Positions 61,047-64,000 of a DNA stretch of 64,000 bases are shown piece after piece. The stretch is from an uncultured Candidatus Rokubacteria bacterium. Its GTDB lineage: Bacteria > Methylomirabilota > Methylomirabilia > Rokubacteriales > CSP1-6. Made by a program: the position numbers and the translations under genes. The stretch lies in NCBI GenBank assembly GCA_963762145.1, contig CAVXJS010000007.1, positions 160,001-224,000 on the forward strand. The letters are read 5' to 3'. Every line of letters begins with the position of its first letter. Within the stretch, counting starts at the first letter, position 1. The notes beneath the pieces are model-generated. The model saw nothing but the letters and a program-made list of their open reading frames with translations. It was not told where the DNA came from and ran no database searches.

Positions 61047-62750
61047 ATGCCGGCGAATCCAGGAGCCTCTCGTAACGCGGCCGACCGGGTGCAGGTCGCC
61101 CCGGTGGAGGGCGCCGCCGCCCTCTTCACGCCCGAGTTCCGCGACTATCTCGTGCGCCTGTGCGACGAGTTCACCCCGCGCGCGGACGGGCTGCGCGCCA
61201 AGCGGGACGAGCGCCTCGTGCGCGCGCTCCAGCAGGGACGGTTGCCCGCGCCGCTGCCCGCCAGCGCGGCCACCACGTCCGACTGGAAGGTGCCGCCGGT
61301 GCCGAAGGACCTCGCCACTCCCGGCATCGAGATCTCCGGGCCGTGCTCGATCACCAGCATGTTCATCAACGCGCTCAATCCCGGGCCGGAAGGGGAGCGG
61401 GCGGAGGGCGACCTCGACGACGACGAGGACTCGGCGGGGCATCGCCTGATCGACACGGTGCGCGCCTGCCACAATCGGCTCGCGGCGGTGAACCACGAGC
61501 TCCAGCACGTGGACCGCGAGCGAAACCGCGAGTACCGCATCGCGCCCGGCGAGCTGCCGTTCTTCATGCACCGCGAGCGCGGCCTGCATCTGGACGAGCC
61601 GGAGGTCACGGTGGACGGCCGGCCCGTCTCGGCCGCGATCCTCGGCACCGCGCTCACGCTGTACTACCCGGGCCGCGCCCAGGCCAGCCGCGGGCAGGGC
61701 ATCTACTTCTACCTGCCCAAGGTGGACGGCGCCGAGGAGTGCGCCTGGTATCGCGACGTCTTCGACCGGAGCCGCGCGCTCCTGCCCTTCCTGAAGGACG
61801 CGACGATCCGCGCGATCCCGCTCGTCGAGGCGCTGCCCGCGGTCTACGAGATGGAGGAGATGCTCCACGCTCTGGGGCCCTACGCGGCCGGGCTGAACGC
61901 GGCGCGCTGGGACCTGAAGGCGAGCATCTTCGAGTTCGTGATGGCCGATCCCAACTCGGTGTGGCCGGACCGCTTCGGGGTCGACATCAAGACCACGCCG
62001 TTCCTCTCCAACATCTTCCGCCGTCTGGTCGCGGTCTGCCTCAAGCACGGCGCCGTCCCGATCGGCGGCATGGCCACCGCGCTGCCCAATCCCGACCCCG
62101 AGGTGAACCGGGTGGCCGCGGAGTCCATCAAGGCCGACAAGGTGTGGGAGGCCGAGCAGGGCTTCATCCGCGCCTGGGTGGCCCACATCTTCCACATGAA
62201 GACCGCGGCCGAGCCGTTCAAGCGGCTGCACGCCGGCGGGGCCTGGAAGCCCAAGCCCGAGATGCTGAAGCCGGACAGCTACCCGGTGCGCATCGAGGTG
62301 CCGGCGGGGCCGATCACGCTCGAGGGCACGCGCCGCAACGCCCGCATGGTCATCGAGTACGTCGAGGGCTGGCTGCAGGGCCGCGGCGCGAAGGGCATCG
62401 ACAGCCTCGCGGGCAAGCCCGGCGTGCATCCGGCGCTGATGGAAGACCTGGCCACCGGCCGCATGTCGGTGGCCCAGATCGCGCAACGCATCCGACATTC
62501 GGCGAAGACGAGTCAAGGTCCCGCCGCGACCCACGACGCGGCGCTGGTGAAGCGGCTGCTCCAGGAGGAGTGCGACGACATCCTGCGCCTGATGAAGGCG
62601 CCCGACGCCTCGACCACGGACCGCTACCGCAAGGCGGTGAAGATCGCCCAGCGCTGGATCAAGAACTACGTCGACCTCGACTACCGCAGCCTCGGCTCCT
62701 ACACCCGCGCCGACCTGGAGCGGATCGCCACCGGCCCCGACGCGCTGTAG
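61047..62750 (+). CDS. Divergent malate synthase A-like protein
   Basis: EISGP, INALN, RERGLHLDE, YFYLPK, RWD, IGGMA, LMEDLAT. Confidence 0.8.
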   Translation: MPANPGASRNAADRVQVAPVEGAAALFTPEFRDYLVRLCDEFTPRADGLRAKRDERLVRALQQGRLPAPLPASAATTSDWKVPPVPKDLATPGIEISGPCSITSMFINALNPGPEGERAEGDLDDDEDSAGHRLIDTVRACHNRLAAVNHELQHVDRERNREYRIAPGELPFFMHRERGLHLDEPEVTVDGRPVSAAILGTALTLYYPGRAQASRGQGIYFYLPKVDGAEECAWYRDVFDRSRALLPFLKDATIRAIPLVEALPAVYEMEEMLHALGPYAAGLNAARWDLKASIFEFVMADPNSVWPDRFGVDIKTTPFLSNIFRRLVAVCLKHGAVPIGGMATALPNPDPEVNRVAAESIKADKVWEAEQGFIRAWVAHIFHMKTAAEPFKRLHAGGAWKPKPEMLKPDSYPVRIEVPAGPITLEGTRRNARMVIEYVEGWLQGRGAKGIDSLAGKPGVHPALMEDLATGRMSVAQIAQRIRHSAKTSQGPAATHDAALVKRLLQEECDDILRLMKAPDASTTDRYRKAVKIAQRWIKNYVDLDYRSLGSYTRADLERIATGPDAL

Positions 62751-62758
62751 CGGCACTC

Positions 62759-62797
62759 ATCTCCCTCTCCCCTCGGGGGAGAGGGCAGGGTGAGGGG
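62759..62797. repeat. CCCTCTCCC-type REP palindrome, family D copy 3
   Basis: Reverse complement nearly identical to 27700-27740. Confidence 0.85.
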
Positions 62798-62806
62798 AGG
62801 AGCAGC

Positions 62807-63232
62807 ATGGCCCGTCGGATCCGCGTCGGCGATGTCATCGAGATCATCACCTCGCGCGGCTTCGCCTACGGGCACATCACACACATCCACAAGACAGAGC
62901 GCGCCTCCTACGGGCCACTTGTTCGGGTTCTTCCGGGCTTCTTCGTTAGCCGCCCTGGCCAGTTCGACGGCCTCGCGCGTCAGCGTCCCGTACCGATGAT
63001 GTTCTGTGCGTCCAAGGCGTTTCCGGTGTTCCGAACTACACAGGACTACGGCGTCCAGCCGAGTACCGATCCGAAGAGATGGTGGTTCTGGGACGGCGAG
63101 AAGGAATGGCTCGTCGGCAAGCTTAAGCCCGAACAGAGGCAGATGCCCATCCGTGAGATTGTCGATGGCGTGTTGCTTCGCGAGCGAATCGAGACAGGCT
63201 GGAGTCCAGCCACGGACCCGGTGTTGCGCTAG
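62807..63232 (+). CDS. Imm26-like immunity-type protein, lower GC, possibly internally deleted
   Basis: GDVIEI.T.RG.AY, YGPLVRVLPG, WWFWDGEKEW; GGAGGA RBS. Confidence 0.55.
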   Translation: MARRIRVGDVIEIITSRGFAYGHITHIHKTERASYGPLVRVLPGFFVSRPGQFDGLARQRPVPMMFCASKAFPVFRTTQDYGVQPSTDPKRWWFWDGEKEWLVGKLKPEQRQMPIREIVDGVLLRERIETGWSPATDPVLR

Positions 63233-63481
63233 CCCCTCTGCTTCTGCGGGTTGGATGCTTATGCGAGATTTTTCGCTTGACGGCTTGTCGTCTGTTGCGA
63301 TGGCGCGGCTTGGATCGGTCGAGAGAAGTGCGGCTGAGCGCTGCAGATCCAGCCTGTGCTGTGCAGTCCCAGCGTTTGGCACGAGCGATCATGGCAGGTC
63401 TCTAGTTCGCGTAACCTGAAGGCGTCCAGGGGGCCGTGAAACCGGGGTGTAGAGTCGTCCCAGCACGAAGGGAGACTCGCC

Positions 63482-64000
63482 ATGCCGCCACGTTCGTCGG
63501 ATCGGCCGTTCATCGTGCAGCCCACCCCCTCGCGCATCGCGGAGGTCGAGCGCCTGGGTGACGAAATCGCCGAGCTGTCCGTTCACCTCGACGCCGCGAC
63601 CGCTCGCCTGCTCACGCTGATCCGCGAGTTCGACGCCCGCGGAGGCTGGGCCAACGGCTTCCGCTCCTGCGCCGAATGGCTCGCGTGGCGCGTGAGCCTC
63701 GACCTGGGCGCCGCCCGTGAGCGGGTCCGGGTCGCGCGCGCCCTCGGAACGCTGCCCGCCCTGGCCGAGGCGCTGGCCCGGGGAGATCTCTCCTACCCAA
63801 GGTCCGCGCCTTGACTTGGATCGCGACCCCGGAGACGGAAGTCCGCCTGCTCGCGGTAGGGCGTGCGGGGACGGCGGCGCATGTGGAGTGGCGCCGCTTC
63901 GACGGCCAGGCCGACGCGCGCGAGGCCACGCGGCAGCACGCGGGGCGGGCCCTGCACGTCCAGCGGGATGAGGACGGCACGGTTGTCCTCCGCGGGCGCC
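63482..64000 (+). CDS. DUF222 (HNH-associated) protein N-terminus, frameshifted/degenerate, truncated by window end
   Basis: LLTLIREFDARGGW..GFRSCAEWLAWR...ARERVRVARAL..LP; later DEDGTVVLRGR. Confidence 0.75.

Noticed and set aside
57657-62756. 1699-aa minus-strand ORF and other long antisense ORFs (e.g. 2732-5398, 33177-36245 extension)
   Set aside because: Shadow ORFs from high GC3 codon bias; only the MFS and gntK portions have family motifs.
1-64000. tRNA/rRNA genes, IS transposases, integrases
   Set aside because: No recognisable cloverleaf, rRNA or transposase/integrase motifs seen by eye; a covariance-model search would be needed to exclude small ncRNAs.

Overview
Very high-GC bacterial chromosomal segment; gene content and repeats are reminiscent of Ca. 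Rokubacteria/Methylomirabilota (inference). Clustered single-base indels, probably long-read errors, fall at ~15-20 kb, 26-32.5 kb, 38.4-39 kb and 52.5-56 kb. Gene content in order: ettA end; flavin/CoA enzymes; a 4xGAF kinase/NarL two-component locus; RNase D; a ~15 kb type II FAS/PKS-like lipid cluster (Cys/His lipoprotein, acyltransferase, two KS + two KS-like chains, ACP, GT2, flavin halogenase-like enzyme, ABC transporter, ArnT-like GT, DedA, HpnJ-like radical SAM); serA; gntK, a degenerate RpiB-PGI fusion and zwf; a UGSC selenoprotein read through an in-frame TGA with a SECIS-like hairpin; hydroxyacid dehydrogenases; DUF748; an AOR operon; argR-GNAT-argD with an ARG box; fused trpEG under a Trp-rich leader-peptide attenuator; garR; a Mo-oxidoreductase; malate synthase; an Imm26-like gene; a DUF222/HNH fragment. 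Four families of short palindromic repeats are present. The most unusual signal is a 38-bp hairpin element inserted in-frame in two genes, each copy flanked on its 3' (ATATG) side only by a ~150-bp tract of AT-shifted synonymous codons, which suggests element-directed polar local mutagenesis.
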